From Candidatus Moraniibacteriota bacterium (GTDB lineage Bacteria > Patescibacteriota > Minisyncoccia > Moranbacterales > GCA-2747515): DNA of 64,000 nucleotides. Made by a program: the position numbers and the translations under genes. Numbering within the stretch: position 1 is the stretch's first letter; each line of letters opens with the position of its first letter. Where the stretch lies: positions 70,240 through 134,239 of the forward strand of contig CALNYG010000005.1 of NCBI GenBank assembly GCA_942490825.1, given 5' to 3'. Shown one piece after another: positions 1 through 8,978 of this stretch. The notes beneath the pieces are model-generated. The model saw only the letters and a program-made list of their open reading frames with translations, was not told where the DNA came from and searched no databases.

Positions 1-8
1 TAATAAAA

Positions 9-233
9 TTAAGAAAGGTTAAATGGGCGATGGACACACTTTGTTGAAGGGTCCCAAAATTTTATCCCTAACTCTGGGATCTTATACGCAACCAAATCAA
101 AATCATCATCTTCAATAACAATATCATCTTCCTTAAGTACATCATCAACAATATCAATCTCTTTATTTTTACAACCAGAAAAAACTGCAACAAATAACAT
201 CAGAAATACCACTTTACCAAAAATATTTTTCAT
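9..233 (-). CDS. small putative lipoprotein (hypothetical)
   Basis: 74-aa ORF. The N-terminus MKNIFGKVVFLMLFVAVFSGC is a signal peptide with a lipobox-like FSGC. The rest is acidic. No family recognised. Confidence 0.45.
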   Translation of the reverse strand: MKNIFGKVVFLMLFVAVFSGCKNKEIDIVDDVLKEDDIVIEDDDFDLVAYKIPELGIKFWDPSTKCVHRPFNLS

Positions 234-352
234 AACATAAAAAATTAATATTAACTTCTAAAAGCTTAACATTTTTTTCACAAAAAATAAAACTCCGTTT
301 TCACGGAGTCTTATTTCTACCTATTTGTTTTTGTTACCTACATTACATCACA

Positions 353-640
353 CTAAACACCTTTAACTGCATCCTTCAAAGCTTTACCAGCTTTAAACTT
401 AGGTACAGTTGTAGCAGCGATTTGAATTCGTTCACCAGTCTTAGGGTTAACTCCTTGACGAGCAGCACGGTCAGACGTTGAAAAAGTTCCAAAACCAACA
501 AAAGCTACATCATTACGAGATTGCAACTGAGCTGTAATTTCTTCAATTACTGCGTCAATAACACGCTCTGCATCTTTTTTACTCATATCAACTTTACCTG
601 CAACAGCATCAACTAACATTCCTTTATTTATTTTAGCCAT
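353..640 (-). CDS. hup: HU-family DNA-binding protein
   Basis: Product MAKINKGMLVDAV...FVGFGTFSTSDRAARQGVNPKTGERIQI...PKFKAGKALKDAV has the HU/IHF signature. A GAGGTG Shine-Dalgarno lies just upstream of the ATG at 640. The ORF-track GTG at 649 falls inside that SD. Confidence 0.92.
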   Translation of the reverse strand: MAKINKGMLVDAVAGKVDMSKKDAERVIDAVIEEITAQLQSRNDVAFVGFGTFSTSDRAARQGVNPKTGERIQIAATTVPKFKAGKALKDAVKGV

Positions 641-740
641 AATTTTCACCTCGCTTTCTATTTTAAATCTTTACTGATCAAATTAACTTATTCATTCTAC
701 TATTTTTCCCTTGTTTAAGGCAAATTAGTTATCCACAGAC

Positions 741-2273
741 TTACTTCGCATATTCTATCGATCGGGTCTCTCTTAAAACATTAACTTTAATCTCTCCAGG
801 ATATTTCAATTCCTCTTCAATCTTTTCTGCAATATCTCTTGCCAATTTATTCATTCCTAAATCATCAATTTCTTCTGGCTTAACAAAAATTCTAATTTCT
901 CTACCAGCCTGAATCGCAAAACATTTTTCTACCTGATCAAAACTACTACCAATTCCTTCTAACTCTTCTAATCGTTTAATATAATTCTCTACTGTATCTT
1001 TACGAGCTCCAGGTCGAGCAGCTGAAAGTGCATCAGCTGTAGCAACAATGAAAGATTCTGGAGTGGCAAATGGATATTCCTCATGATGAGACTTCATCGC
1101 ATCAGTTACTCTCTGATCAATCTTAAATTTCTCTAGAATTTTAATACCAATTTCTACATGAGTACCTTGAACTTCATGATCAACTGCCTTTCCAATATCG
1201 TGAAGAAGTCCAGCCATTTTAGCTACCTTAACATCTGCACCTAATTCTGCTGCTAAAGCTCCTGATAAATAAGAAACTTCTAATGAATGTAATAAAACAT
1301 TTTGTTTGAAACTTGTTCGATATCTTAAACGTCCTAACATGTAAAGTAATTTTGGATTCAATCCTGCTAGACCTACCTCATATGCTGCCGCTTCACCAGC
1401 TTCACGGATTCTATTATCAATTTCTTTCTCCGCCCAACTAACTGCTTCCTCAATTTTTGCTGGATGAATTCTACCATCTTCAATTAATTTTTCTAAAGCA
1501 GTTTTAGCAATTTCTCTCCGTACTGGATCAAAAGATGACAAAATAACTGAGTCTGGAGTTTCATCAATAATAATCTCAACTCCTGTATTTCTTTCCAAAG
1601 CTCGAATATTTCGCCCTTCTTTACCGATAATCTTTCCTTTAACTTCTTCTGAAGGAATAGTTAATGCTGAAGTCATGACGTCAGCTGCATGTGATCGAGA
1701 ATATTTTTGAATCACCTGAGTCATTATATTCCGAGCTTCTCTCTCTAAATCTTCATGAGTTAATTTTTGCAACTTATTCATTCGACTAACTAAGTCTTCT
1801 TTATTTTGTTCTTCAACAAGTTGTAAAAGAGCCTTTTTGGCTTGATCCTGAGTTAATTGACCGATTCTTTCTAATCGATCCATCTCCTCTTTTTTTAGTT
1901 TTTCTGCTTCTTTTCTAATTTCACGAATCTCCTCCGCTTTTTTCTCTAAAGTAGCTCTTCCTTTTTCAATTTCATCGAAACGATGATCAATCTTATTTTC
2001 TCTCTTTTCTAATCTTTTTTCTGACTCTCGAATTTCATCTTTTCTTTTTTTAGCCTGTTTCTCAGAATCTTCTAAAATATCAACAGCTTTATTTTTAGAC
2101 TTCAGAATAGCGTCTTGAGCTTTTGTTTTTGCATCGGTCAACATTTTTTGAACCTGACCTTCTGCGGTTCTTGCTTGGTTCTTAGCAACGATCTGTCGTA
2201 CAAAATAACCTATTATTGAGCCAATCAATAAAGTTAAAATTATAACGATCAATGATGTTAAACTATCAATCAT
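741..2273 (-). CDS. rny: ribonuclease Y
   Basis: 510 aa. N-terminal TM helix, long K/E-rich coiled coil, KH motif GKIIGKEGRNIRALE and HD motif LLHDIGK give the RNase Y architecture. Confidence 0.93.
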   Translation of the reverse strand: MIDSLTSLIVIILTLLIGSIIGYFVRQIVAKNQARTAEGQVQKMLTDAKTKAQDAILKSKNKAVDILEDSEKQAKKRKDEIRESEKRLEKRENKIDHRFDEIEKGRATLEKKAEEIREIRKEAEKLKKEEMDRLERIGQLTQDQAKKALLQLVEEQNKEDLVSRMNKLQKLTHEDLEREARNIMTQVIQKYSRSHAADVMTSALTIPSEEVKGKIIGKEGRNIRALERNTGVEIIIDETPDSVILSSFDPVRREIAKTALEKLIEDGRIHPAKIEEAVSWAEKEIDNRIREAGEAAAYEVGLAGLNPKLLYMLGRLRYRTSFKQNVLLHSLEVSYLSGALAAELGADVKVAKMAGLLHDIGKAVDHEVQGTHVEIGIKILEKFKIDQRVTDAMKSHHEEYPFATPESFIVATADALSAARPGARKDTVENYIKRLEELEGIGSSFDQVEKCFAIQAGREIRIFVKPEEIDDLGMNKLARDIAEKIEEELKYPGEIKVNVLRETRSIEYAK

Positions 2274-2565
2274 TTTTTTTAGGATCCAGAAAAAGCACCT
2301 TTTTGTTGTAAAAGATTTTTAAAGTTTGTCTATATTTTTATTCAACGAGAATAAGTGTTTCATTTTCAAAAATAAAGAAATTCAATTTAAAATCTTGCTA
2401 AACTATCGAATGTGCTCCAACGGAATTTTATTCATTAATTATACCTTATTATTTTACTTTAAATAAAGGGGTTTGTCAAAAGAAATAATTGTGCTCGCCG
2501 CACGGGCTTTTTAGGTTAGATAATAATCTGTAACCCTATCTTTAATATTATAATATTTGGTATTG

Positions 2566-2942
2566 CTACTCAAATATAGAAATAGCAATTTCTCTGTGCA
2601 TGAATAGCAAGATTGTATATTCAACCATTTCAATACTTTTAGAATAACAATGAGTTTTCCTATGAAATCTTGCTATATAATGTCTTAATTGATTATTCAT
2701 TCCTTCAACTGTAAAAGTCTCTGCTTTTGTTTGAATGTGCTTATCTTTTGGTAAAAATTTTTTATAAACATCCCAATGATCTGAACAGTATTTATCGCAA
2801 TCAATTTTTTGATTTTGTCCCATAATTTTCTTCCAGTTTTTTCACCTCTTGTCCCTATCACGAAATCAATTATTATTTTACTAGATCTATCAACTGCAAG
2901 CCAAATCCAGGCTTTTTTCTTTTTTTTAACACAAAATGCCAC
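2566..2942 (-). pseudogene. IS1 InsB-like DDE transposase ORF, frameshifted
   Basis: The intact paralog at 35679-36056 is a single 125-aa ORF. Here it is split into 81-aa and 85-aa pieces. The homopolymer at 2805-2810 is 6 nt, versus 7 nt at 35811-35817 in the other copy. Confidence 0.75.
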
Positions 2943-2971
2943 ATTTCATCTAATTCCATTTTTTCTATTTT

Positions 2972-3265
2972 CTAATATTTTACTTCTTTTTTACTTTTTA
3001 AAATATTCCTTAATTTTTTAGTTGCTTTTTTTACCCATCTTAATATACTAACGTTACTAACTTTCAGTATTCTTCCTATTGATCTAAATCCTAGTCCCTC
3101 TAAATACATTTCAATTATTTTTTTCTTAATTTCTTTAGGTTTTCCTCTTTTTGTAAATCTAGAAAAGTTATAGCTACATTCTTTACATAGATATCTTTGT
3201 TTTTTATTTACTTTACCATTTTTAACATAATTCTTATTATTGCAATGAGGGCATTTAATTTTCAT
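2972..3265 (-). CDS. IS1 InsA-like zinc-finger/HTH protein
   Basis: MKIKCPHCNNKNYVKNGKVNKKQRYLCKECSYNF is the CxxC...CxxC finger typical of IS1 InsA, followed by an HTH-like region (RSIGRILKVSNVSILRWVKK). Confidence 0.8.
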   Translation of the reverse strand: MKIKCPHCNNKNYVKNGKVNKKQRYLCKECSYNFSRFTKRGKPKEIKKKIIEMYLEGLGFRSIGRILKVSNVSILRWVKKATKKLRNILKSKKEVKY

Positions 3266-3589
3266 TTTTTTGTTTTTAGGTATTTAATTACCTATTCATT
3301 TTACATTATCTATAGTTTGGTAGCAATACCTAATATTTTAACCAGTACTTAAAATTTTTAAGCTGTAATTAGTATATCATCAGGTCATTCATTTCTAAAC
3401 ATTTCTGCACATTACGAAATTATAGATATTTTATTGATGTATCTTTATAGCCTATGTATTATAATCAATAAGAAGAATTTTTCAAGAAATTTGACTTAAG
3501 TCCAATTTTATGCTATTCTTACTATCATCAAGCGAAAGTTTATTTAAATAATCTTTTGTGATTTTTTTAACTTTTTCATTTTAATTTTC

Positions 3590-4732
3590 ATGAATTTTTC
3601 TAAAAAAAACTTATTGATAAAATTAGGATTTATTTTATTTTTAGCGCTGTTTGTTTTTGCAGGAGTAAGTGTTTACATGTTTTCAGATTTGTTTTTAATC
3701 AAACCAACTGCTAGACAAAATCACACAGAAGTATTACCAGATGAACCTTTTGTCATTGATTTTTCTAATTCTATTGATAAAAATTATTATAAGAAAAAAA
3801 TTACTTTAAAACCTAGAACTCCAATGACAGCAACAGTTAGTAAAGATGGTAGTAAAATTACATTGACTCCAAAAGATTCATGGGAGACTAACACTAATTA
3901 CAAAATTAGCATTCCTAAAGGTAGATCCTCTAGTCTAAGACCAATTAAGGAGTCTTACTTTTCTTTTAGAACTGTAAAACATCCGGAAGTTGAAAAAATA
4001 AATCCCGAAAGCGGTGTTGAAGATGTGGTTATTGATGAAGAAAATAAAATTAAAGTGGACTTTAATAAATCAACCGAAGGTTTTTTTATCGATTTTGCTT
4101 TAGAGCCTACAGTGGAAGAAGTTGAGTATTATAATAATGATGAAAAAACTTCTTTTGAAATTATACCTAAAAATGGATTGGAAGCTGGCATTGAATATAA
4201 GTTAGTAATAAGGTCAAAACCGAAAAATTCATCGGATGATAAATATAAAGAACTCTCTTCAACAACATTTACTACTCTTCCACCTCAACCAATAAGTTGG
4301 GCAGAAGAGTTGGATGAGCGTTTAGTTCAAGCAGAGAAATATACTCAACCGCAGATACGAAGTGGTAAGTATATTGATATCAATCTTTCTACACAGATCA
4401 TGACTATTTTTGAAGATGGTGATAAGTTAGGCACTTTTCTGGTTTCTTCTGGTAGAGCTGGAATGGGTACACCAAAAGGTCGTCATCAAATTTATAATAA
4501 ACATTCTCGTGCTTGGTCTAGTAAATATAGTTTATATATGCCTTATTGGATGGCAATTACTTCGGATGGTAAATATGGTATTCATGAACTTCCTGAATGG
4601 CCGAGTGGTTATAAGGAGGGTCAGAATCATTTGGGCATTGCTGTTTCGCATGGTTGTGTGCGTTTGGGAGTTGGGAATTCTCAAAGGGTTTATGACTGGG
4701 CTGAGGTTGGGACTCCGGTTATTGTTTATTAA
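3590..4732 (+). CDS. L,D-transpeptidase (YkuD domain) with N-terminal Ig-like repeats
   Basis: 380 aa. N-terminal signal anchor. The C-terminal domain has GTPKGRHQIYNK...YGIHELP...SHGCVRLG, the catalytic His/Cys motif of YkuD L,D-transpeptidases. Confidence 0.87.
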   Translation: MNFSKKNLLIKLGFILFLALFVFAGVSVYMFSDLFLIKPTARQNHTEVLPDEPFVIDFSNSIDKNYYKKKITLKPRTPMTATVSKDGSKITLTPKDSWETNTNYKISIPKGRSSSLRPIKESYFSFRTVKHPEVEKINPESGVEDVVIDEENKIKVDFNKSTEGFFIDFALEPTVEEVEYYNNDEKTSFEIIPKNGLEAGIEYKLVIRSKPKNSSDDKYKELSSTTFTTLPPQPISWAEELDERLVQAEKYTQPQIRSGKYIDINLSTQIMTIFEDGDKLGTFLVSSGRAGMGTPKGRHQIYNKHSRAWSSKYSLYMPYWMAITSDGKYGIHELPEWPSGYKEGQNHLGIAVSHGCVRLGVGNSQRVYDWAEVGTPVIVY

Positions 4733-5561
4733 GTATCCTATCTAACTTTTTAGTGAGTTGTTTAGTTTCTCTGAACAACTCCTTTGTTTTTTCCTTGGAA
4801 AGTGGAGGCGTTTTTTCTGTGTGAGAGTGAGCCACTTGATTTCTTATTTTTCTTAATTTTTGTATAAAAGCATAGTCTTCTTCTTTAATTATATTTTTTT
4901 CAAGGGCAAATCTAATCAATCTAAAAATTGGTATTTTGGATATGCCGTAGCCGTATTCCTTAACTAAAATACTTTCAATTTTTTCTAAAATCATTTTAAA
5001 TAAATGAATTGGAACATAATTATATTTTTCATTGTCAAAATCATAATTAGCCTCTGAAAAAGCTTTTTCTTTATTTTCTTTTCGTTCTTCTAAGAATGTA
5101 GACAAATTATTTTTTTGTTGTTTTGATACAAATAAAGCTGCTAGAATTCCTGAGATTGTAGAAAGAAGAGAGCTTATTAATACTTGTGAAAAATTAAAAT
5201 TATCTTTACTAAACCAAGAAAATATAAAGCCTAATATTACTAAAATAATAATTATTAATGAATAGATAAATGCTAAGAGATAAAAAATCTTTCCACCACT
5301 TTCTAAGAATTTTAACCATTTTATTTTTAATAAATAAGGAAAATCAAGTCTAATATAGTTTAATGAATAAAAATAAAGCGATACCCCAAGAGAACATAAA
5401 AATATAAACAATATTTTGTTAAAAGAATAAATCCCCAATAAAACATTTAATTCCATTGATTTTATTTTTGGATCAAAAGAATATAAAGTAAATATCACAG
5501 CTATAAAACCTACAATAAATCCTAATTTGTCACCAAAATTAATTTTATTATCTCCATTCAT
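4719..5561 (-). CDS. four-TM membrane protein with C-terminal HEPN-like (DUF4145-like) domain
   Basis: 280 aa. About four hydrophobic helices occupy aa 15-145. The soluble C-terminus contains LRKIRNQVAHSH, which matches the Rx4H HEPN motif (codons at 4827-4844). Confidence 0.5.
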   Translation of the reverse strand: MNGDNKINFGDKLGFIVGFIAVIFTLYSFDPKIKSMELNVLLGIYSFNKILFIFLCSLGVSLYFYSLNYIRLDFPYLLKIKWLKFLESGGKIFYLLAFIYSLIIIILVILGFIFSWFSKDNFNFSQVLISSLLSTISGILAALFVSKQQKNNLSTFLEERKENKEKAFSEANYDFDNEKYNYVPIHLFKMILEKIESILVKEYGYGISKIPIFRLIRFALEKNIIKEEDYAFIQKLRKIRNQVAHSHTEKTPPLSKEKTKELFRETKQLTKKLDRILNKQ

Positions 5562-5623
5562 TTTGCAAAAGCTTAACTTATAAAGTTAAAACACTCGTCA
5601 AAAGACGAGTGTTTTAAAAAAAT

Positions 5624-6658
5624 CTATTTATTTTCTTCCTCGACCTCTTCTACAGGATTTTCCACAATCTCATGGATCTTTCCCATAATCTCTTGCGTCA
5701 TTTCCTCATTATCTTTCAAAGTAGTCTTCGCCTTCTCCCGACCAACACCCAATTTCTCCTCACCATAACTATAAGAATGACCCTTTTTACCAATAACCTT
5801 AAATTGCACACCAGCATCTAAAACATCACCTACCAAAGAAATACCCTCACCGTACATAATATCAAACTCAGCAATCTTAAACGGAGGAGCAACCTTATTC
5901 TTCACAACCTTAACTTTCGTTCTATTTCCCACAATCGCATCACCTTTTTTAATCTGAGCCGCTCGACGAACATCCAAACGAACAGAACTATAAAATTTCA
6001 AAGCATTACCACCACTAGTCGTTTCAGGACTACCAAACATCACACCAATTTTCATTCTGATCTGATTAATAAATATCACCACACAGTTAGATTTAGAAAT
6101 AAGTGGAGTCAATTTTCTCATTGCCTGACTCATTAATCTCGCTTGTCGTCCAATATGATGATCTCCCATTTCACCATCAATTTCCGCCTGCGGAGTCAAG
6201 GCCGCCACAGAATCAATCACAATAACATCAACCGCATCAGAACGAACCAATGTTTCCACAATATTCAAAGCCTGTTCACCAGAATCAGGTTGAGAAACCA
6301 ACAATTCATTAATATTCACCCCAATATTCTTAGCATATTCCGGATCCAAAGCATGTTCCGCATCAACAAAAGCCACTGTTCCGCCATCTTTTTGAGCATT
6401 TGCAGAAATATGCAGAGCCAAAGTCGTTTTTCCAGAAGACTCTGGTCCATAAACTTCAATCACTCTTCCTCTGGGAACTCCGCCTATCCCCAACGCTAAA
6501 TCCAAAGAAATAGACCCAGTCGAAATAGTTGCAACATCAGTTTTTTTAATATCTCCTAATTTCATTAGCATTCCATCACCAAATTTAGAACTAATTTCAT
6601 CGAGAACAGAATCAATCTTTTTGTCATTATTCACCTCTTTTTTTGCTGTTTTTGCCAT
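5624..6658 (-). CDS. recA: recombinase RecA
   Basis: 344 aa. Walker [10 protein letters not shown] plus [29 protein letters not shown], a canonical RecA core. Confidence 0.98.
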   Translation of the reverse strand: MAKTAKKEVNNDKKIDSVLDEISSKFGDGMLMKLGDIKKTDVATISTGSISLDLALGIGGVPRGRVIEVYGPESSGKTTLALHISANAQKDGGTVAFVDAEHALDPEYAKNIGVNINELLVSQPDSGEQALNIVETLVRSDAVDVIVIDSVAALTPQAEIDGEMGDHHIGRQARLMSQAMRKLTPLISKSNCVVIFINQIRMKIGVMFGSPETTSGGNALKFYSSVRLDVRRAAQIKKGDAIVGNRTKVKVVKNKVAPPFKIAEFDIMYGEGISLVGDVLDAGVQFKVIGKKGHSYSYGEEKLGVGREKAKTTLKDNEEMTQEIMGKIHEIVENPVEEVEEENK

Positions 6659-6849
6659 ATCCTTTAAAAATAATACTTAAATAAAATTATAAAACTTTAA
6701 TTATACTAGCATACTTCTATTTTTCTTGCATTTTTAGTTTTTCAAAAGAATTTTTGTGCCAGTCTGCCATGCAACAGGCAGGATCGCCACACGAGCTTTT
6801 TGGGTCGAAAATTCTCAACCCATACAATTTTTATCTTTCAAGTTTGCTT

Positions 6850-7168
6850 GTCATTCTGAACCTGCCTTTGTCGCCTGCCTGTCGGCAGACAGGGCAGACA
6901 GACGTAATAAATTTATTGCAGATAAATTTATGAAGTGAAGCCTACCTGTCGGCAGACAGGAATCCCCCACAGAAAATCATAAAACTTCAAAATTAAAATA
7001 TCAGAAAAACTTCTTTACTACCGGAATTAGTGTGTCGAAGACCACTGATTCCGAAACGTTTCCAAACTAAAAGCTTTTAAAAATTACTGCAAAATCATCA
7101 AAAAAACTTACTGAGATTCTTCACTGCGTTAATTTTTTTTACAAAAAATTAACTTCGCTCAGAATGAC
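6850..7168. repeat. nested MITE-like element (GTCATTCTGAAC ... GCTCAGAATGAC ends)
   Basis: The terminal inverted repeats are related to those of elements at 15304-15463 and 47724-47872. The shared core reads ATGAAGTGAAG..ATCCCCCACAGAAAATCA..AAAATATCAGAAAAACTT. It contains nested CCTGTCGGCAGACAGG hairpins (6874-6893, 6941-6960) and a fragment of the 97-bp palindromic element (7021-7063). Confidence 0.7.
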
Positions 7169-7196
7169 TAGATTGTATTTACATAAAATACTAAAT

Positions 7197-8222
7197 TTAT
7201 TCATCATCAGCTTCTTCTTCAAATATAATTTTTTCTACAAGAACCTCTTCATCTTTTTTCTCAACTTCAAAAATAACATCATCAATAGCTTTATTTCTAT
7301 TACTCAAACTAGAAAACTCTTCATTATCATTAAACTTAGTCAAAGTATTTTTTCCGTCATTAGATGAAACTACAATTTTTTCTTTGGCAAAAAAATCCAT
7401 TTCTTCGTCAGCTTTTATTATATCTGAATAAACTTCAACATTATCAGCCACAACTTTTATCCAAATCGTTTTTTCGACAGCTTTAATTTTTAAAGATACT
7501 TTATCAATCTTTTCATCTCTCTCTTCTTGAGAAACTTCTTCGTATTCAGCATGAACGATTATATTTTCAACACTTTCTTTTTCAAACTTATTAATACTTT
7601 TGATTGTAATATTATTCAATCCTGGCGACAATCCAACTTGATCAGAAAAGTTTCCATCTAACCCCACGTGTATAAGTTGATCATTAATAAAAACTTTAGC
7701 ATCATTTTGAGTCGTTCCTTTTATGGTAATTTCCTGTTCTTTGGTAGTCAGTTCTCCAGCGGGTTCTTCAATTTTTAACCAAGGTGCAGAAACGAATTTT
7801 TGAAATCCAAAGAAGAGATAGGATCCTGCTAAAGTGATAATTAAAGTGGCTACAATAGCTACGATTGTTTTTGAAGTTAATATTATTCTAGGTAAGGCAG
7901 GTAATCGAGTTATATCTTCAGCTTGAGGCTCGTCTTTTTTGTGGATATTTTTATAAATTTGGTATTCACGATCAAAGATTTTTACTAATTTTTCTTCGGA
8001 TACATTAAAATATTTTGCATAAGCGTTTATAAAGCCTCTTGCATAAACTTTAGTTGGTAGTAATTGGTAGTCTCCTTTTTCTAAAGCTTTGACGTAAGCT
8101 TTTTTTATTTTTATATCTCTAGCTAATTCTTCAATGCTGAGTTTCTGGCTTTCTCTTAGTTTTACTAATCGGTCTCCTAATGTTAATGAGTCGATTCTGG
8201 ATTTGGTGAATTCTTTGTTCAT
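7197..8222 (-). CDS. RodZ-like HTH/transmembrane cytoskeleton protein
   Basis: 341 aa. N-terminal HTH (LGDRLVKLRESQKLSIEELARDIKIKKAYVKALEKGDY..LP..VYARGFINAYAKYF), one TM helix, and a beta-rich C-terminal domain give the RodZ layout. Confidence 0.75.
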   Translation of the reverse strand: MNKEFTKSRIDSLTLGDRLVKLRESQKLSIEELARDIKIKKAYVKALEKGDYQLLPTKVYARGFINAYAKYFNVSEEKLVKIFDREYQIYKNIHKKDEPQAEDITRLPALPRIILTSKTIVAIVATLIITLAGSYLFFGFQKFVSAPWLKIEEPAGELTTKEQEITIKGTTQNDAKVFINDQLIHVGLDGNFSDQVGLSPGLNNITIKSINKFEKESVENIIVHAEYEEVSQEERDEKIDKVSLKIKAVEKTIWIKVVADNVEVYSDIIKADEEMDFFAKEKIVVSSNDGKNTLTKFNDNEEFSSLSNRNKAIDDVIFEVEKKDEEVLVEKIIFEEEADDE

Positions 8223-8279
8223 ATTTTTTCGTTTGGTTTTGTTCTGTTGATCGGTTTAGTTAGTTATTGATCATATTTG

Positions 8280-8330
8280 ATTATAGCAGGAAAAGTTGGG
8301 GTTGACAAGATTTTTATTTCGTGATATTAT
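8280..8330. promoter_or_regulatory. back-to-back sigma70-type promoters with overlapping -35 boxes
   Basis: Minus strand (rodZ-like gene): TTGTCA (complement of 8303-8308), 17 bp, TATAAT (complement of 8280-8285). Plus strand: TTGACA (8302-8307), 17 bp, TATTAT (8325-8330). Confidence 0.65.
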
Positions 8331-8336
8331 TTGGTG

Positions 8337-8497
8337 TTGCGATATGAAATTAATTAATTTCAATTGTGACATAGTTCTTTAAATATTTTCATTTTTTCTT
8401 TGATTTATTGTGTTTTACTTCTTAATTTAGGAAATTAGATTTTGTTTAGTTTTTTGAATTTAAGAAGTAGAAACATTTAATAAACAAGGAGATTAAG
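8337..8497 (+). promoter_or_regulatory. conserved 5' leader, copy A (unknown cis-regulatory RNA)
   Basis: Homologous to 44603-44778. It shares the block GAAATTAA(A)TTAATTTC..AATTGT..AGTTCTTTAAAT..TTTTTCTTTG. Its distal hairpin ACTTCTTAA/TTAAGAAGT (about 8418-8470) corresponds to TTCCTTCAA/TTGAAGGAA in copy B. Confidence 0.45.
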
Positions 8498-8731
8498 ATG
8501 CAAACCACTTATGAAGCTAAGTGCGGTATAAATGATAGAAAAATTGTTTGTACTGTATATACGGAAAAAGCGGCCATTTGGTTAGAAGGGCAAATTAAAA
8601 CTTATGCCACTTGGCCAGAAAAAGTCACGAGACCTTTTCCTTCTAACGTTATATTTGAAGTTAAAGGAAATTGTGATTTTGATGAAACTTTAAGCTGGTT
8701 TCAAAAAAAGTCGAGGTGTCCAATTGATTAA
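8498..8731 (+). CDS. hypothetical 77-aa protein
   Basis: Strong SD AAGGAG upstream of the ATG. Followed by a rho-independent terminator. Four Cys residues. No family recognised. Confidence 0.55.
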   Translation: MQTTYEAKCGINDRKIVCTVYTEKAAIWLEGQIKTYATWPEKVTRPFPSNVIFEVKGNCDFDETLSWFQKKSRCPID

Positions 8732-8775
8732 CTTCAAGCTCATTGCGGAAAAGTGAGTCTAAAAAATTCTTTCAC

Positions 8776-8803
8776 GCAGTCTGACCGCAAAGACTGCTTT
8801 TTT
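8776..8803 (+). terminator. rho-independent terminator
   Basis: Stem GCAGTCT (8776-8782) pairs with AGACTGC (8791-8797), followed by T6. Confidence 0.8.
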
Positions 8804-8884
8804 ATTTGTCAAAAAAACAAAAATAAACTTAAAATTCATAGACTCAAAAGCCCGTGCGGCGAGCACTTTTTAAAAAATAAAAAA

Positions 8885-8907
8885 ACAAGAAGTTTAAAAT
8901 TTCTTGT
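8885..8907 (-). terminator. terminator downstream of ftsK (bidirectional hairpin)
   Basis: Stem ACAAGAA (8885-8891) pairs with TTCTTGT (8901-8907). A/T runs lie on both sides. Confidence 0.6.
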
Positions 8908-8935
8908 TTTTATTATCAAGGTTATCACTTCTTTT

Positions 8936-8960
8936 AGGGTTGAAAATTTTCAACCCCTAC
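8936..8960 (-). repeat. REP-like GTAG hairpin
   Basis: The minus strand reads GTAGGGGTTGAAAATTTTCAACCCT, a GTAG followed by a perfect palindrome, immediately after the ftsK stop. Confidence 0.6.
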
Positions 8961-8978
8961 ATTGCAATGACGTATAAT

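Larger units (their letters stand above)
2559..3330 (-). mobile_element. IS1-family insertion sequence, copy 1 (decaying)
   Basis: 772 bp. Termini are GGTATTGCTAC (2559-2569) and GTAGCAATACC (3320-3330), with an extended imperfect IR of about 27 bp. An 8-bp direct repeat TAATATTT flanks it at 2551-2558 and 3331-3338. It is near-identical to the copy at 35291-36063 in opposite orientation. It encodes an InsA-like ORF plus an InsB-like ORF in the -1 frame, with an A8 slippery run (T8 on plus, 2921-2928). Confidence 0.88.

Noticed and set aside
729-737. A perfect DnaA box TTATCCACA lies just downstream of rny.
   Set aside because: It is a single isolated box with no companion boxes or AT-rich unwinding region. 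One or so chance occurrences are expected in 64 kb of AT-rich sequence.
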